A DNA stretch of 64,000 bases from Deinococcus sp. (GTDB taxonomy: Bacteria; Deinococcota; Deinococci; Deinococcales; Deinococcaceae), in the NCBI GenBank assembly GCA_965261005.1, contig OZ253375.1, positions 1,216,001-1,280,000 of the forward strand, given 5' to 3'. A program made the position numbers and the translations under genes. The notes beneath the pieces are model-generated. The model was not told the origin of the DNA. It saw nothing but the letters and a program-made list of their open reading frames with translations, and searched no databases. Shown one piece after another: positions 19,412 through 29,689 of this stretch (its first letter is position 1; every line of letters starts with the position of its first letter).

Positions 19412-20854
19412 TCACAGCCGGGGGTCGAGCGGTTCGCTTTCCAAGGCCAGGACCCCAAAAGCGCACTCGTGGACGCGCCGCAGCGGTTCGCGCCGCACGA
19501 AGCGCTCCAGCCCCTCGATCCCGAGGGCGAACTCGCGCAGGGCCAAGGACCACTTGCCGCGCGCCACGAACGAGAGCGGCTTGACTACCATCCCCTCGCC
19601 GCCCGCTTCCGTCAGGTCCAGCCACCACCGCTCGGCGGCCAGCACGTCCCCCGGGTCGTTCAGGTTCACCGCGCGGTGCGCCGTTGGGGTGAACAGGCCG
19701 GGGTCGGCCTGCGCCAGCCGCCCGAGGGTATTGAGGTGCCACGGGTGGTTCTTGTCCGCGTGCACGGCGCCCTCGGTCGCCAACAGGTGAAAGGGGGCGA
19801 GCCGCACGTCCGCGAGCGAGGTCACGCGCCGGACGTAGCGCCGGTAGGCGTCCAGGTAGGCGGCGATCATCTCCGCCCGGCTACGGGTCCGCTCCAGCAA
19901 GTCGTCCAGCGGGAGGCCGCGGGCGACGCCCGCCTCCAAAGCGGCCACCTCGGCGGGCAGGGTCGCCCCGGCCGCCGCCCCCACCGCCGCGTACTGCCGC
20001 TTGATCAGCTCCCCCGCCTTGAAGGACCACGGCAGCAGCTCGGCGTCCAGCACGGCCCAGTCGGTGTTCAGCTCCGCCCACAGGTTGGTTTTGGTGAGGG
20101 CTGAGCGCAGCCGTTCGAGCAAAGCCTCCTCCAGAGTCCGGCCGTCGAAGAAGCGCCGCCCGGAGCGGGTGTACACCATGCCCGCCGCCTCCATCACGCC
20201 GAAGCGCGCCCTCGCCGCGTCCCCGTCCCTCGCCACGACCACCACGGCCCGCGACCCCATGTGCTTCTCCTCGCACACGACGGTCTCCAGGCCCGCCCGG
20301 CGGTAATGGTCGAAGGCCTCGGTCGGGTACTCCAGGGAGCCTGCCCGCGCGCTGGTCTCGCTCGGCGACATGGTGGGCGGGACGTAGACCAGCCAGCGGG
20401 GGTCCACCGCGAAGCGGCTCACGGCCTCCAGCGCGGCGGCGGCCTCGTCCTCACGCACCGTCACCCGTCCGCGCAGCCGCGTCTCGATCACGCGCTTGCC
20501 GGTCACGTCCGCCAGGTCGAGCAGCTCGTCGTGCGCCTGCTGGGCGGTCAAGTCGCCCTGGGGGGGCCGCAGCGGGCGTTTTGGCTCGGCGTACACCGCC
20601 CCCGCCGGCACGCTGACCAGCTCCAACTCGGGATAGCGCAGCGCCGTCAGCCGGCCGCCGAACACGCAGCCGGTGTCAATGTCTATGGTCCGGTTGAGCC
20701 AGGTCGGCCCCGGAACGGGCGTGTGGCCGTACACCACGGTCGCCTCGCCACGGTACTCGGCGGCCCAGTCGAGCCGGACCGGCAAACCGAACTCGTCGCT
20801 CTCGCCGGTCGTCTCGCCGTAGAGCGCAAAGGCAGCGCCCACCTTGATGCGCAC
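19412..20854 (-). pseudogene. pnkp: Truncated bacterial polynucleotide kinase-phosphatase/ligase (Pnkp)
   Basis: [79 protein letters not shown]; lacks the N-terminal kinase and the segment after VVKP. Confidence 0.85.
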
Positions 20855-20909
20855 TTTTGCCTGGGCCGCAACTTTACAAACGTTAAGCGCGGGCTGCTAC
20901 ACTCTGCCC

Positions 20910-21362
20910 ATGAAACTGGACGCGGTGGACCTCAGCTTGCTGCGCGAGGTGCAGCAGGACGCGCGGCTTTCCCTGCGCGCCTTGGGCCGGCGGGTGGGCC
21001 TGTCGGCGCCGGCCGTGAGCGAGCGGGTACGCCGTTTGGAGGCGGCGGGGGTCATTCTCGCCTACGGCGCGCGGGTGTCGCCGGCGGCCCTCGGGCGCGG
21101 CGTCGGCGCCTTTGTGGGCGTGCAGGACAGCGGCTCGCGCGACCCGGAATTGATCCGGTGGGCTTCAGCGCGCGACGGCGTGCTGGAGTGCCACTCGGTC
21201 ACGGGAGAGAACAGCTGCGTGCTGAAGGTCGCCCTGCCCGACGTGGCCGCGCTGGAAGTGTTGCTGGCCGAGCTGATCGGCATGGGCTTCACCTGCTCCA
21301 CCAGCATCGTGCTGTCCACGCCGCTCACCGGCAAGCCGGTGCTGCCGCCGGGGGTGGGGTGA
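20910..21362 (+). CDS. Lrp/AsnC-family transcriptional regulator
   Basis: LD.VD..LL..Q.DAR.S...LG..VGLS.PAV.ERV.RLE..GVI; ECH.VTG; TACACT -10 box 6 nt upstream. Confidence 0.93.
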   Translation: MKLDAVDLSLLREVQQDARLSLRALGRRVGLSAPAVSERVRRLEAAGVILAYGARVSPAALGRGVGAFVGVQDSGSRDPELIRWASARDGVLECHSVTGENSCVLKVALPDVAALEVLLAELIGMGFTCSTSIVLSTPLTGKPVLPPGVG

Positions 21363-21802
21363 ACGGCGTACTCGAAATGACCGCCTTCACGCCGCCGGAG
21401 CGCGCGCTAGAAGGGCTGAGCGCCGAGCAGGCGGTCAGGTTGCCGCCGGGCGCGCCATACTCGATTGCGAGGGTGCTGGGTCACCTGCGTTGGTGGCAGG
21501 CTTGGATGCTGCGCGCCGCGCGGGGCGAGGCCATGACCTTTCCCGAACACGCGGGGACAGGCTGGCCGGAGGTCAGGGCAAGTGAATGGGAAGAGTCCAA
21601 AGCTGGCTTTTTGAAAGACTTGGCCGAGGCGCGCACATTGGCCCGTCATTCAGAAGCTTCAAGCAGGGTCGTCTACGGAGAAGATACGGCGGAAAAGGTC
21701 TTGACCGAGCTGGCGCTGCACAACGCCCATCACCTCGGGCAGATCATTTTGCTTCGGCAATTGATCGGCGCCTGGCCGCCACCCGGCGGGGACACGTGGT
21801 AA
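21359..21802 (+). CDS. DinB/YfiT-family protein
   Basis: SIA..LGH...W and HNAHHLGQI..LR His triad; GTG overlaps the Lrp stop. Confidence 0.8.
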   Translation: MNGVLEMTAFTPPERALEGLSAEQAVRLPPGAPYSIARVLGHLRWWQAWMLRAARGEAMTFPEHAGTGWPEVRASEWEESKAGFLKDLAEARTLARHSEASSRVVYGEDTAEKVLTELALHNAHHLGQIILLRQLIGAWPPPGGDTW

Positions 21803-21833
21803 GGCCGCTCTGCACAGCCGCTACCATAGACCC

Positions 21834-22415
21834 ATGAGCGCCCCGCATCTCAAGCCCATGAGCGTGGCCGAGTACCTCCGAACCGAGGAGACCAGTCCCG
21901 TGAAGCGCGAGTACGTGGGCGGCTTCGTGTACCCGCTGCACGGCGCGACTCGGGCGCAGGCTGGGGCGAGCCGCAATCACGTTCGGATCACCGTGAACGT
22001 CTCCAGCACTTTGCAAAGGGACGCGCAGGGGCACGGCTGCTTCGTGTACGCCTCGGACATGAAGCTGTACATCCAAGGAACAAGTACGTTTTATTACCCA
22101 GACGTAATGGTCGTCTGCGCGCCCAACGACCCGAACGCACCTACGACGTATGAAACCGAGCCGTGCTTGCTCGTCGAGGTCATCTCAAAGGGCACGGCAA
22201 GAAACGACCGCCACGCCAAATACGCCGCCTACACCGGCATTCCCAGCCTACAAACCTACCTGATCGTGGAGCAGGCCGAGCGGCGCGTGTACGCCTACCA
22301 GCGGGACGGTCAAAGCTGGAAGCTGTCGGAACTCGCCAGCACGGGCAGCGTGGCCCTGCCCTGCTTAGGACGCTCGCTTAACCTGGACGACATCTACGCC
22401 GGCGTTCCCGTGTGA
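21834..22415 (+). CDS. Uma2-family endonuclease-like protein
   Basis: EYL..E.....EY..G, YPDVMV, P.LLVEVIS, D...K...Y..IPSL..YLIV. Confidence 0.9.
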   Translation: MSAPHLKPMSVAEYLRTEETSPVKREYVGGFVYPLHGATRAQAGASRNHVRITVNVSSTLQRDAQGHGCFVYASDMKLYIQGTSTFYYPDVMVVCAPNDPNAPTTYETEPCLLVEVISKGTARNDRHAKYAAYTGIPSLQTYLIVEQAERRVYAYQRDGQSWKLSELASTGSVALPCLGRSLNLDDIYAGVPV

Positions 22416-22416
22416 A

Positions 22417-22872
22417 TCAGAAGAACTTCATGCCGGCCAGCTTGTCCGGCAGCTCCCCTACGCCCGCGCGGGCGTAGGCGCGCCGGGCCGCCGCGTTGTC
22501 GTGGTCGGTGAGGAGGTTAAGCCCGCAGGCGCCGTGCGACTTGGCGGCCCCCTCGGCCGCCGCCAGCAGCGCGCCCGCCACGCCACGGCCGCGAAAGGCG
22601 GGCGCCACATAGACTTCCTGCACCACGCCGTAGGGGGCCGCCTTGCCGAACGAGTAGCCCCAGGTCAGCGCCAGAAAGCCGCACGGCTCGCCCTCCAGCT
22701 CCGCGATCAGGATGTGCCCGCCGCGCGCTAAAAAGTCGCGCAGGGTGCGCTCGGCCCAAGCAGAATCACGCTCTACACCGCCGCCGGCTTTGGCGGCCAG
22801 CAGCAGGGCGCCCGCCGCGCCCGAACCCAACAAACCCAAGTCCGTTTGCCGGAACAGGCGGACGGCGGTCAC
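22417..22872 (-). CDS. GNAT-family acetyltransferase
   Basis: VYVAPAFRGRGVA and N..A...Y...G motifs; GTG start overlaps the upstream stop. Confidence 0.85.
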   Translation of the reverse strand: MTAVRLFRQTDLGLLGSGAAGALLLAAKAGGGVERDSAWAERTLRDFLARGGHILIAELEGEPCGFLALTWGYSFGKAAPYGVVQEVYVAPAFRGRGVAGALLAAAEGAAKSHGACGLNLLTDHDNAAARRAYARAGVGELPDKLAGMKFF

Positions 22873-23606
22873 TTGCCCCTCCCCTGCCTCAGCACCAAGC
22901 GCACGAACTGTGCCAGGCGCGGGGCGCGCTTCCAGCGGGCGGGGTTGCCGCCCACCCGCCAAAGCCACTCGACGCCCAGGCGGCGGATCCAGCTTGGGGC
23001 GAGGTCGGCGGTGCCCGCCAGCACGTCCAGCGTGCCGCCCACGCCCATGCTGACCGGGACGTTCATGACCCCGCGCCAAGCCTGGGCGAAGGTCTCCTGG
23101 CGCGGGGCGCCCATGCCGATCAGCAGCAGGTGGGCGCCCGAGTCGCGCACCGCCCCCGCCCTCCCCTGCTCCTCCCCGGCCGTGAAGTAGCCGTGCCGCG
23201 CGCCGGCGACCGTCACGCCGTAGCGGGCCGCCGCCTGTCGGGCGGCCAATTCGGCCACGCCGGGTTGGCCGCCCAGAAAATAAACCCGCAGCTTCGCCCC
23301 GTGGCGCACCATCAGGGCGGTGGCGAGGTCGAAACCCGGGGCGCGCGGCACCGCCACGCCCAACAGGCGCCGCGCCGCCCAGGTAATCCCAACGCCGTCG
23401 GCGGTCACCAGGTCGGCGGCGCGCACCGCCGCCGCCAAGCGCTCGTCCGACTGGCCCTGCACCACGATCTCGGGGTTGAGGGTCACGACGGTGTGCGCTT
23501 CCCGCGCCTCCCCGAACATCCAGCGCGACAGCAGGTCGGTGGCGCCGGCGAGGTCCACCGGGTCGAGCGGGTAGGACAGCAGGCTCAGGCGCTCAGGGGG
23601 TTTCAT
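22869..23606 (-). CDS. WecB/TagA/CpsF-family glycosyltransferase
   Basis: TLNPE, ADGVG, HGYF, GMGAPRQE, GVGG.LD, EWLWR. Confidence 0.92.
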   Translation of the reverse strand: MKPPERLSLLSYPLDPVDLAGATDLLSRWMFGEAREAHTVVTLNPEIVVQGQSDERLAAAVRAADLVTADGVGITWAARRLLGVAVPRAPGFDLATALMVRHGAKLRVYFLGGQPGVAELAARQAAARYGVTVAGARHGYFTAGEEQGRAGAVRDSGAHLLLIGMGAPRQETFAQAWRGVMNVPVSMGVGGTLDVLAGTADLAPSWIRRLGVEWLWRVGGNPARWKRAPRLAQFVRLVLRQGRGK

Positions 23607-24328
23607 AGACTGTGCTCGCCCACGTCTTCAAAGGCGTAGACCGGCTGGCCCTCGTACTCCTGCACACCGCTCAGGCGCGGCACGGCCCCGCCGTGCGAGA
23701 TCAGCGAGGCGACCGCCAAGTCCTCGAACAGGCCCAGACGCATGAGTTGCTGGCCGCTGGCGCTTTGGGCCAAAGCTTCCTGCGGATCGGCGTGGGCGCG
23801 CAGCAGCGCTTGGGCCAGGCGCACGCCGGCCCCCGCCTCCACCTCAGCTTGCTTCTCGACGCGGCGGCTCAAAAAGCCGGCGCACACGATGTCCTCTGTG
23901 GCCTCCTCGCCCGCCATGCCCGCGCACACCAAGGCGATCTCGTCTCGCGCGAGCCGCAGCGCCGCCCCCACGACCGCGCGGGCGTTGTAGAAGCTGCCCA
24001 GCAGCACGTGGCGCGCCCCGGTCAGGTGCGCCAGGGCGCGCGGGCCGTTCTCGGTGGTCAGCACCACGCCGCGCCCCAGGTCGGCCCCGCGCAGGTCGTC
24101 CGGCGAGGCGCTGTAGTTGAAGCCCGCCGGCGGCAGCCCCTCGCGCTCGCCGGCCAGCAGCAGGCCCCGTTCGGCGGCCAAACGGCGCGCGGCGCGCAGG
24201 CTGGGCGTGATGAAGAGGCCGGCGCGCTCCAGCACGATAGGGGCGGCGGTGGTGGCGCGCAGCACGTCCACCAGAATCACGACGTCCGGATACTCCCCCC
24301 CCGGCAACAGGTCCACTTTGAGCCGCAT
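23603..24328 (-). CDS. 2-phosphosulfolactate phosphatase (ComB)-like protein
   Basis: VDVLRATT, LAGEREG, TTENG, NA.AV, ED..CAG. Confidence 0.87.
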   Translation of the reverse strand: MRLKVDLLPGGEYPDVVILVDVLRATTAAPIVLERAGLFITPSLRAARRLAAERGLLLAGEREGLPPAGFNYSASPDDLRGADLGRGVVLTTENGPRALAHLTGARHVLLGSFYNARAVVGAALRLARDEIALVCAGMAGEEATEDIVCAGFLSRRVEKQAEVEAGAGVRLAQALLRAHADPQEALAQSASGQQLMRLGLFEDLAVASLISHGGAVPRLSGVQEYEGQPVYAFEDVGEHSL

Positions 24329-24443
24329 CTTTCCTCCAGCGGGCTGGGGTCCGGCCCGAGCCGCCATCGGCGTGAATTCTAGCACGCCGCCAAACGTGCT
24401 TTGCGCTGCGTTTTGACCGGGGCACCCCACCAATACTGGCCGC

Positions 24444-25109
24444 ATGTCCGGCGGTTTTCTGCACGACCTGTTGCCCGAGGCGCGCGCCAGCTTGCTCGCG
24501 GGCGCGCGCCGCTCCCGCATAGACCGTGGCGGCCTGATCTACCACACCGAGGACCCGGCCGAAACGGTGTATGTCTTAGAGAGCGGCTGGGTGCGCCTGT
24601 ACCGCATCGGCGCCGGGGCGCGCGAGGTGACCGTGGCGGTCCACGAGGCTGGCGAGCTGTTCGGTACGGCGGGCCTGCACGGCGAGGGCGCGTACGGGCA
24701 CTACGCCGAGGCGCTGGAAAGCTGCGAGGTGCTGGCCCTGGGCGGCCTGACCGTGCGCGAGGTGCTGCGCGCGCGCCCGGAACTGGGCGTGAACCTCAGC
24801 GCCCAACTGACCCGTCAGACCCGCGCCCTGCAAGAGCGGCTGTCCAACCTGGTCTTCATGGAGGTGTCGCAGCGCCTCGCGGGCGCGCTGCTGAGCATGG
24901 CGGCCAACGGCGACGGCGACAAAAAGGCTCTACGCGGCCGGGTGTCGCACCAAGACCTGGCCTACCTGGTCGGCTCCACGCGCGAGACCATCACCAAGCT
25001 GCTGGGAGAATTCAAGGAGCGCGGCCTGCTCGATCTCGGCTACCGCCGCATCGTGGTCCTCAACGAGGCCGGGCTGCGCGACGTGGCGACCCACCCCATT
25101 CACAGCTGA
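24444..25109 (+). CDS. Crp/Fnr-family transcriptional regulator
   Basis: cNMP-binding region (G.V.L, GELFG) plus HTH SHQDLAYLVGSTRETITK. Confidence 0.92.
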   Translation: MSGGFLHDLLPEARASLLAGARRSRIDRGGLIYHTEDPAETVYVLESGWVRLYRIGAGAREVTVAVHEAGELFGTAGLHGEGAYGHYAEALESCEVLALGGLTVREVLRARPELGVNLSAQLTRQTRALQERLSNLVFMEVSQRLAGALLSMAANGDGDKKALRGRVSHQDLAYLVGSTRETITKLLGEFKERGLLDLGYRRIVVLNEAGLRDVATHPIHS

Positions 25110-26665
25110 TGACCGCCCGGCCGAAGCTCAGCTTGCCCGCCGCCTACCGGAAAGGTGAACTGGGGGACTTCTTTGAATTTTCTCCCCAGCAGGTGGAGGC
25201 CGCCCTCAGCGCCCCGAGGGACGTGGACCGCCCCGCCCTGTGCGCGGCCCTGCGCGCCTACCACGCTGAGCTTGGCACCCTCAGCGCCGGGGTAGAGGCG
25301 CAGCTCGCGCGCCTGGCGCACCCCAACTCACGCGCGGTGGTCACCGGGCAGCAGGCCGGTTTGCTGGGCGGCCCGGCCTACAGCGTTCACAAAGGGGCGG
25401 ACGCCGTGCTGCTGTCGCGCCACTTCAGCCAAGAGGACCGCCCCCTGGTGCCGATCTACTGGGTCGCCAGCCAGGACCACGACGCCGCCGAGGTGGCGGG
25501 CACGACGCTGCTCGACATGCAGGAGACGCTGCACCGCCTCAAGCTGGAGTTGCCGGCGGGCGTGCCGGTCGGCCGAATCTCCTGGCGACCCGAGTGGACC
25601 GCCGAGGTATTGGATCTGCTTTCGCGCTTCGAGGCGCCGGAAGCTCACAAGGCGCGGGTGCGCGATTTGCTGGAATGGGCAATGGCCGGCGGCAGCTACG
25701 CCGACGTGTTCGCCCGCTTGATGCACGCGCTGCTGGGCGGCGAGGGGCTGCTGCTGTTTGACCCCATGCACCCGGCGCTGGCCCCGCTGTTCGCCCCGGC
25801 CATCGCGCGCGAACTCTCGGACCCACTGGCGGGTCCGGCGCGCGTCGAGGCCGCCGCCGCCAAGTTGGAGGCGCGCGGCTTCGAGCCGCAGCTGCGCCGA
25901 CCGCCGGGGGCGACCAATTTGTTTCTGGAAGGCGAGGACGGCGTCCGGCGCTTGCTGCGCTTCGAGGGCGGCGTTTTTGAAGCCGAGCGCCGCTACAGCG
26001 GGGCCGACCTGCTGGGCGTGCTGACGCACGACCCCGCCCGCCTGACCCCGGCCGCCGGGCTGCGGCCCACCCTCCAAGACGGCGTGCTGCCCACCGCCCT
26101 CCTCGTGGCCGGTCCCGGCGAAATCTCTTACGGCGCCGAACTGCGCGGCGTGTACGCGCTGCACGGCGTCACGCCGCCGCTGTGGTGGCCGCGCCTCAGC
26201 GTCACTTGGCTGGAGCCGCCGGTGGCGCGCATTCTGGGGCGCTTCGGGCTGACGGCCAGCGAATTCCAGCGCGACCCCGAGGAAACGCTGGGCGGGGCGC
26301 TGCTGCGACTGCGGGGCGCCCAGGGGCAAGTCGCCGGGCGCATCGAACAGCTGGAGGCGACCTTTGGCGCGCTGGCGCAAGAGATGCGGGCGTTGGACCC
26401 GACCCTGGTCGGGGCGGTGGAGCGGACGGAGCACAAAGTCTCGGCGCGCCTGGAGCGGCTGCGCGCGCAGGCCGGGCGGGCGCTGCTGAGAAGCGAGGAC
26501 GAGCGCTCGGGGCAGGTCGGCCGCTTGCGCCTGCACCTGCTGCCGAACGGCGCGGCGCAGGAGCGCGAGATGAACTTTCTCAGCTTTATGCTCAAACACG
26601 GGGACGCGCCGCTCGGCAAGCTGCTCTCGCTGGAGCCGGGCTGGACCGGCGAGCTGACCCTGTAG
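25109..26665 (+). CDS. bshC: Bacillithiol biosynthesis cysteine-adding enzyme BshC
   Basis: VVTGQQAGL.GGP.YS..K, YW.AS.DHD..E, AGPGE..Y, P.G..QER. Confidence 0.92.
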   Translation: MTARPKLSLPAAYRKGELGDFFEFSPQQVEAALSAPRDVDRPALCAALRAYHAELGTLSAGVEAQLARLAHPNSRAVVTGQQAGLLGGPAYSVHKGADAVLLSRHFSQEDRPLVPIYWVASQDHDAAEVAGTTLLDMQETLHRLKLELPAGVPVGRISWRPEWTAEVLDLLSRFEAPEAHKARVRDLLEWAMAGGSYADVFARLMHALLGGEGLLLFDPMHPALAPLFAPAIARELSDPLAGPARVEAAAAKLEARGFEPQLRRPPGATNLFLEGEDGVRRLLRFEGGVFEAERRYSGADLLGVLTHDPARLTPAAGLRPTLQDGVLPTALLVAGPGEISYGAELRGVYALHGVTPPLWWPRLSVTWLEPPVARILGRFGLTASEFQRDPEETLGGALLRLRGAQGQVAGRIEQLEATFGALAQEMRALDPTLVGAVERTEHKVSARLERLRAQAGRALLRSEDERSGQVGRLRLHLLPNGAAQEREMNFLSFMLKHGDAPLGKLLSLEPGWTGELTL

Positions 26666-26695
26666 TTCCCTCAAAATGCTCTAATACGGGCGACC

Positions 26696-28039
26696 GTGCG
26701 CTCCTCTTTTCCGCGCCAGATGCTGACCCGGCTCGAATCGGGCCGGGTGGTCGTGTACGGCCTGATCGCGGGCGTTTTGGTGGGGGTGCTGGGCAGCGCG
26801 TTGCGTTTGGCGCTGGACGCCCTGACGGGTGGCCTGGCGCAGCTGACGCAGGTCCGCCCGCCCGGCACGCCGGGGGAGGGCGGGCTGCTGATCGCCTTCG
26901 GGGCCGCCCAGCCGCTTTCGCTGCTGGTGGCCGTGCCGCTGCTGACGGCGTTGGCGGCGCTGCTGGGGCCGGGCGGCCCGGACGGCCCCCTGGAGGACGC
27001 GGTGCGCCGCTACCACACGGGCCAGACCGCCCGCTCTTTCCGGGGGGGTTGGCGCTCGCTGCTCGCCACCACCCTCGCGTACCTGTCGGGGGCCGGGGTG
27101 GGCCGCGACGGTCCCTTCACCGCGCTGGGCAGCTTGAGCGCGCGGCTGCTGGTGCGCCTCGCGCGCCTGAGTTCGGCCGAGGCGCGCGTCCTGACCCTCA
27201 GCTGCGTGGGCGCGGCGCTGGGCTTGGTGCTGCACGCCCCCCTGGCGGCGGCGGTCCTGATCGTCGAGGTGCTGTACCGCCGCTTCGCGTTCGAGCTGGA
27301 GGTGCTGCTGCCCGCCGTGCTCGCCAGCGTCGCCGCCTACACGGTGTACGGGGCGCTGCTGGGCTTCTCGCCCCTGGTGGCGCCCAGCGTGCTGCAACCG
27401 CCGGGCCTGGCGCAGACGCCGGGCTACGCCGCCGTGGCGCTGGTCGTGGCCGGCGCCGCTTGGCTGGTGACGAGTTTGCGCATCCGGCTGCCAGACTTCA
27501 AAGGGCGCGCGTGGCACGTCCTATTGAGCGCGCTGTTCGGCGCGCTGGCCGCCGGCCTGATTTGGCTGGTGCCCGAATTGCTGGGCGACGGCAGCGGCTG
27601 GTGGCAGCTGGCGCTGAGCGGCTTTCAGGGTCAGGAAAGCTTGACGCAGGGGGCATTGCGCCTCGTTCTGCTGCTGGGCGTGGCTTGGCTGGCCCTGGGC
27701 GGCACGGTCCTGAGCGCCCTGAGCGCGGGCGGCTTGCTGGGCGCGGGCCTGGCCAGCGTGGCGCCCGCCCTCGGCCTCGACCCGACCGTGGCGAGCCTGG
27801 TCGGCGCGGCGGCCTTTTTGACCACCTCCCACAACGTCCCAGTCGCCGCCACGCTGCTGATCTCGGCTTGGGCGGGGGACGCGCTGCTGCCCGCCCTGTT
27901 CTTGGGCACCCTGCTGGCGCACGCCCTGACCGGCCCGGCCAGCTTGTTGCGCCCGCAGATGCCGAGCCACACGCGCGGCCCGCCGCACGCCGCCCCGCCC
28001 GATCCACCGGCGCCCGAACCGCAAGAGCCTTTGGCATGA
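26696..28039 (+). CDS. ClC-family channel/transporter-like membrane protein (degenerate)
   Basis: Multi-TM; G.G.GRDGP, LHAPLAAA..IVE..Y, P..LG.G, H.PVA. Confidence 0.7.
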   Translation: MRSSFPRQMLTRLESGRVVVYGLIAGVLVGVLGSALRLALDALTGGLAQLTQVRPPGTPGEGGLLIAFGAAQPLSLLVAVPLLTALAALLGPGGPDGPLEDAVRRYHTGQTARSFRGGWRSLLATTLAYLSGAGVGRDGPFTALGSLSARLLVRLARLSSAEARVLTLSCVGAALGLVLHAPLAAAVLIVEVLYRRFAFELEVLLPAVLASVAAYTVYGALLGFSPLVAPSVLQPPGLAQTPGYAAVALVVAGAAWLVTSLRIRLPDFKGRAWHVLLSALFGALAAGLIWLVPELLGDGSGWWQLALSGFQGQESLTQGALRLVLLLGVAWLALGGTVLSALSAGGLLGAGLASVAPALGLDPTVASLVGAAAFLTTSHNVPVAATLLISAWAGDALLPALFLGTLLAHALTGPASLLRPQMPSHTRGPPHAAPPDPPAPEPQEPLA

Positions 28040-28043
28040 CCCT

Positions 28044-29294
28044 GTGAGCCGAGTTGAGCCAGCCGCGTCCGCCGAGGCCGCCAACTACCGCCTCGGCGTC
28101 CTGAACGGCTGGCTGGCCGCCACGGGGGACGGTTTGATGAACGCCTCCGTCGTGCTGGCCGCCTTCGCGAGCCGCCTCGGCGCGCCGGGCAGCGTGATCG
28201 GCCTGCTGCCGGCCATTCAGGCGGGCGGCTGGATGTTGCCGCAGATTCTGGTGGCCGCGCGGGTACGCGCCTTGCCGTACAAGCTGCCGGTCTACCGCAG
28301 CGCCGCCAGCGTGCGCACGCTCAGCTTCGTTTGGATGGCCGCGTCGAGCGCCCTGCTGATCCGCTGGCCGGCGCTGCTGCTGGCCAGCTTTATCTTCGGC
28401 ATGGTCGTCAACGCCCTCGCCTCGGGCGTGTCGGGCCTCCCCTTTTTGGAGGTCGTGTCCAAGACCGTTCCCCCGGAGCGGCGGGCCGCCTTTTTCGGCC
28501 TCAGGAATTTGGTGGGCGGTCTGCTCGCCTTTGGCGCGGGGCTGGGCGTGCGGCAAGTGCTGGCCTCCAGCGTCGCCTTTCCGTACAACTACACCCTGAT
28601 CTTCGCGGCGGCGACCGCCGTGTACACCGTCGCCTACGCGCTGTTCGGCCGCGTCACCGAGCCGCCCGACGCGCCCCAGCCCACCAGCGATTTGCGTGCC
28701 GAACTGCGCGCCATTCCGCAGACGCTGCGGGGGGACCCCGACTTTCGGGCCTTTTTGGGCGTGCGGCTGCTGCTGGCCTTTGGCAGCCTCGGCGAGCCGT
28801 TTTACGCCGTGTTCGCCCTGCGGCAACTGCACATGCCGCTCAGCATGCTGGGCGCCTTTTTGATGGCCCTCAGCGGGGCGGCGCCGCTGTCCAACTTGCT
28901 GTGGACCCGGGTCGCCCAGCGCCGCGGGTCGCGGCGCATTATCCGCGCCTCGGCGGCGGTGGCTTTGCTCGCCCCGCTGTTGGCGCTGGGCTTGCCGCCC
29001 GCGTTGCTGTCGGGTTCCGGGCGTTGGCTCTACCTGCTGGTCTTCGTGGCGTCCAGCGTCGCCGGGCAGGGCCTCAACCTCGGCAACACCAATCACCTGC
29101 TCAACTTGGCCCCGCCCCTCGCGCGCAGCCGCTACATCGGCACCCTCAACACCTTGGTCGGCGCCGCCCTGTTCGCCCCGGTGCTGGGCGGGGTGCTGGC
29201 CGACACCCTGGGCTACCGGCCGGTGTTCGCCCTGGGCGCGCTGTTGTACGCGGCGGCGTGGTGGCGCTGTAGGGGACTGCGCCGCGACGCTTAA
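28044..29294 (+). CDS. MFS transporter
   Basis: About 12 hydrophobic helices; V...VPPERR..FFG, APP..R..Y.G. Confidence 0.8.
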   Translation: MSRVEPAASAEAANYRLGVLNGWLAATGDGLMNASVVLAAFASRLGAPGSVIGLLPAIQAGGWMLPQILVAARVRALPYKLPVYRSAASVRTLSFVWMAASSALLIRWPALLLASFIFGMVVNALASGVSGLPFLEVVSKTVPPERRAAFFGLRNLVGGLLAFGAGLGVRQVLASSVAFPYNYTLIFAAATAVYTVAYALFGRVTEPPDAPQPTSDLRAELRAIPQTLRGDPDFRAFLGVRLLLAFGSLGEPFYAVFALRQLHMPLSMLGAFLMALSGAAPLSNLLWTRVAQRRGSRRIIRASAAVALLAPLLALGLPPALLSGSGRWLYLLVFVASSVAGQGLNLGNTNHLLNLAPPLARSRYIGTLNTLVGAALFAPVLGGVLADTLGYRPVFALGALLYAAAWWRCRGLRRDA

Positions 29295-29300
29295 AGGCTT

Positions 29301-29630
29301 TCACACCCTCACAAACTCGTCCACGCCCAGCACGAACATCACCGCGCCGCCCACCGGCACCTCCACCGGCTCGTTCATCAGCGTTTCGGCCTGCTCGCCC
29401 ACCGGCATGCCCGGCGTGACCAGGCGGGTGCGCGAGCGGCAAGCTTGCGCCACCAGTCTCTTCAGTTCCGGCAAACGTTCGTCTCCCACGCCGATGATCA
29501 AGGTGGTGTTCCCCTCGCGCAAGAAGCCGCCGGTGGTCGCCAACTTGGTCACCTCGAAGGCGTTCTCGCTGAGGGCGCGGATCAGGCCGGCGGCGTCGGC
29601 GTCTTGGATGACGGCCAGAACGAGTTTCAT
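29301..29630 (-). CDS. darA: Cyclic-di-AMP receptor, PII-like (DarA/PstA)
   Basis: [37 protein letters not shown] -10 box 6 nt upstream. Confidence 0.9.
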   Translation of the reverse strand: MKLVLAVIQDADAAGLIRALSENAFEVTKLATTGGFLREGNTTLIIGVGDERLPELKRLVAQACRSRTRLVTPGMPVGEQAETLMNEPVEVPVGGAVMFVLGVDEFVRV

Positions 29631-29651
29631 GAGGGCAGTCTAGCAAAATGG

Positions 29652-29674
29652 AAAAGCGCCCCGGAAAGGGGCGC
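29652..29674 (-). terminator. Probable terminator of the rex-lipoprotein transcript
   Basis: Minus strand GCGCCCC-tttcc-GGGGCGC-TTTT. Confidence 0.6.
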
Positions 29675-29689
29675 ATGGAACTTTGAGAC

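Noticed and set aside
21834..22415. Uma2 gene as part of the defence system
   Set aside because: It is separated from the island by Lrp and DinB genes, has its own -10 box, and Uma2 paralogues are commonly scattered in such genomes.
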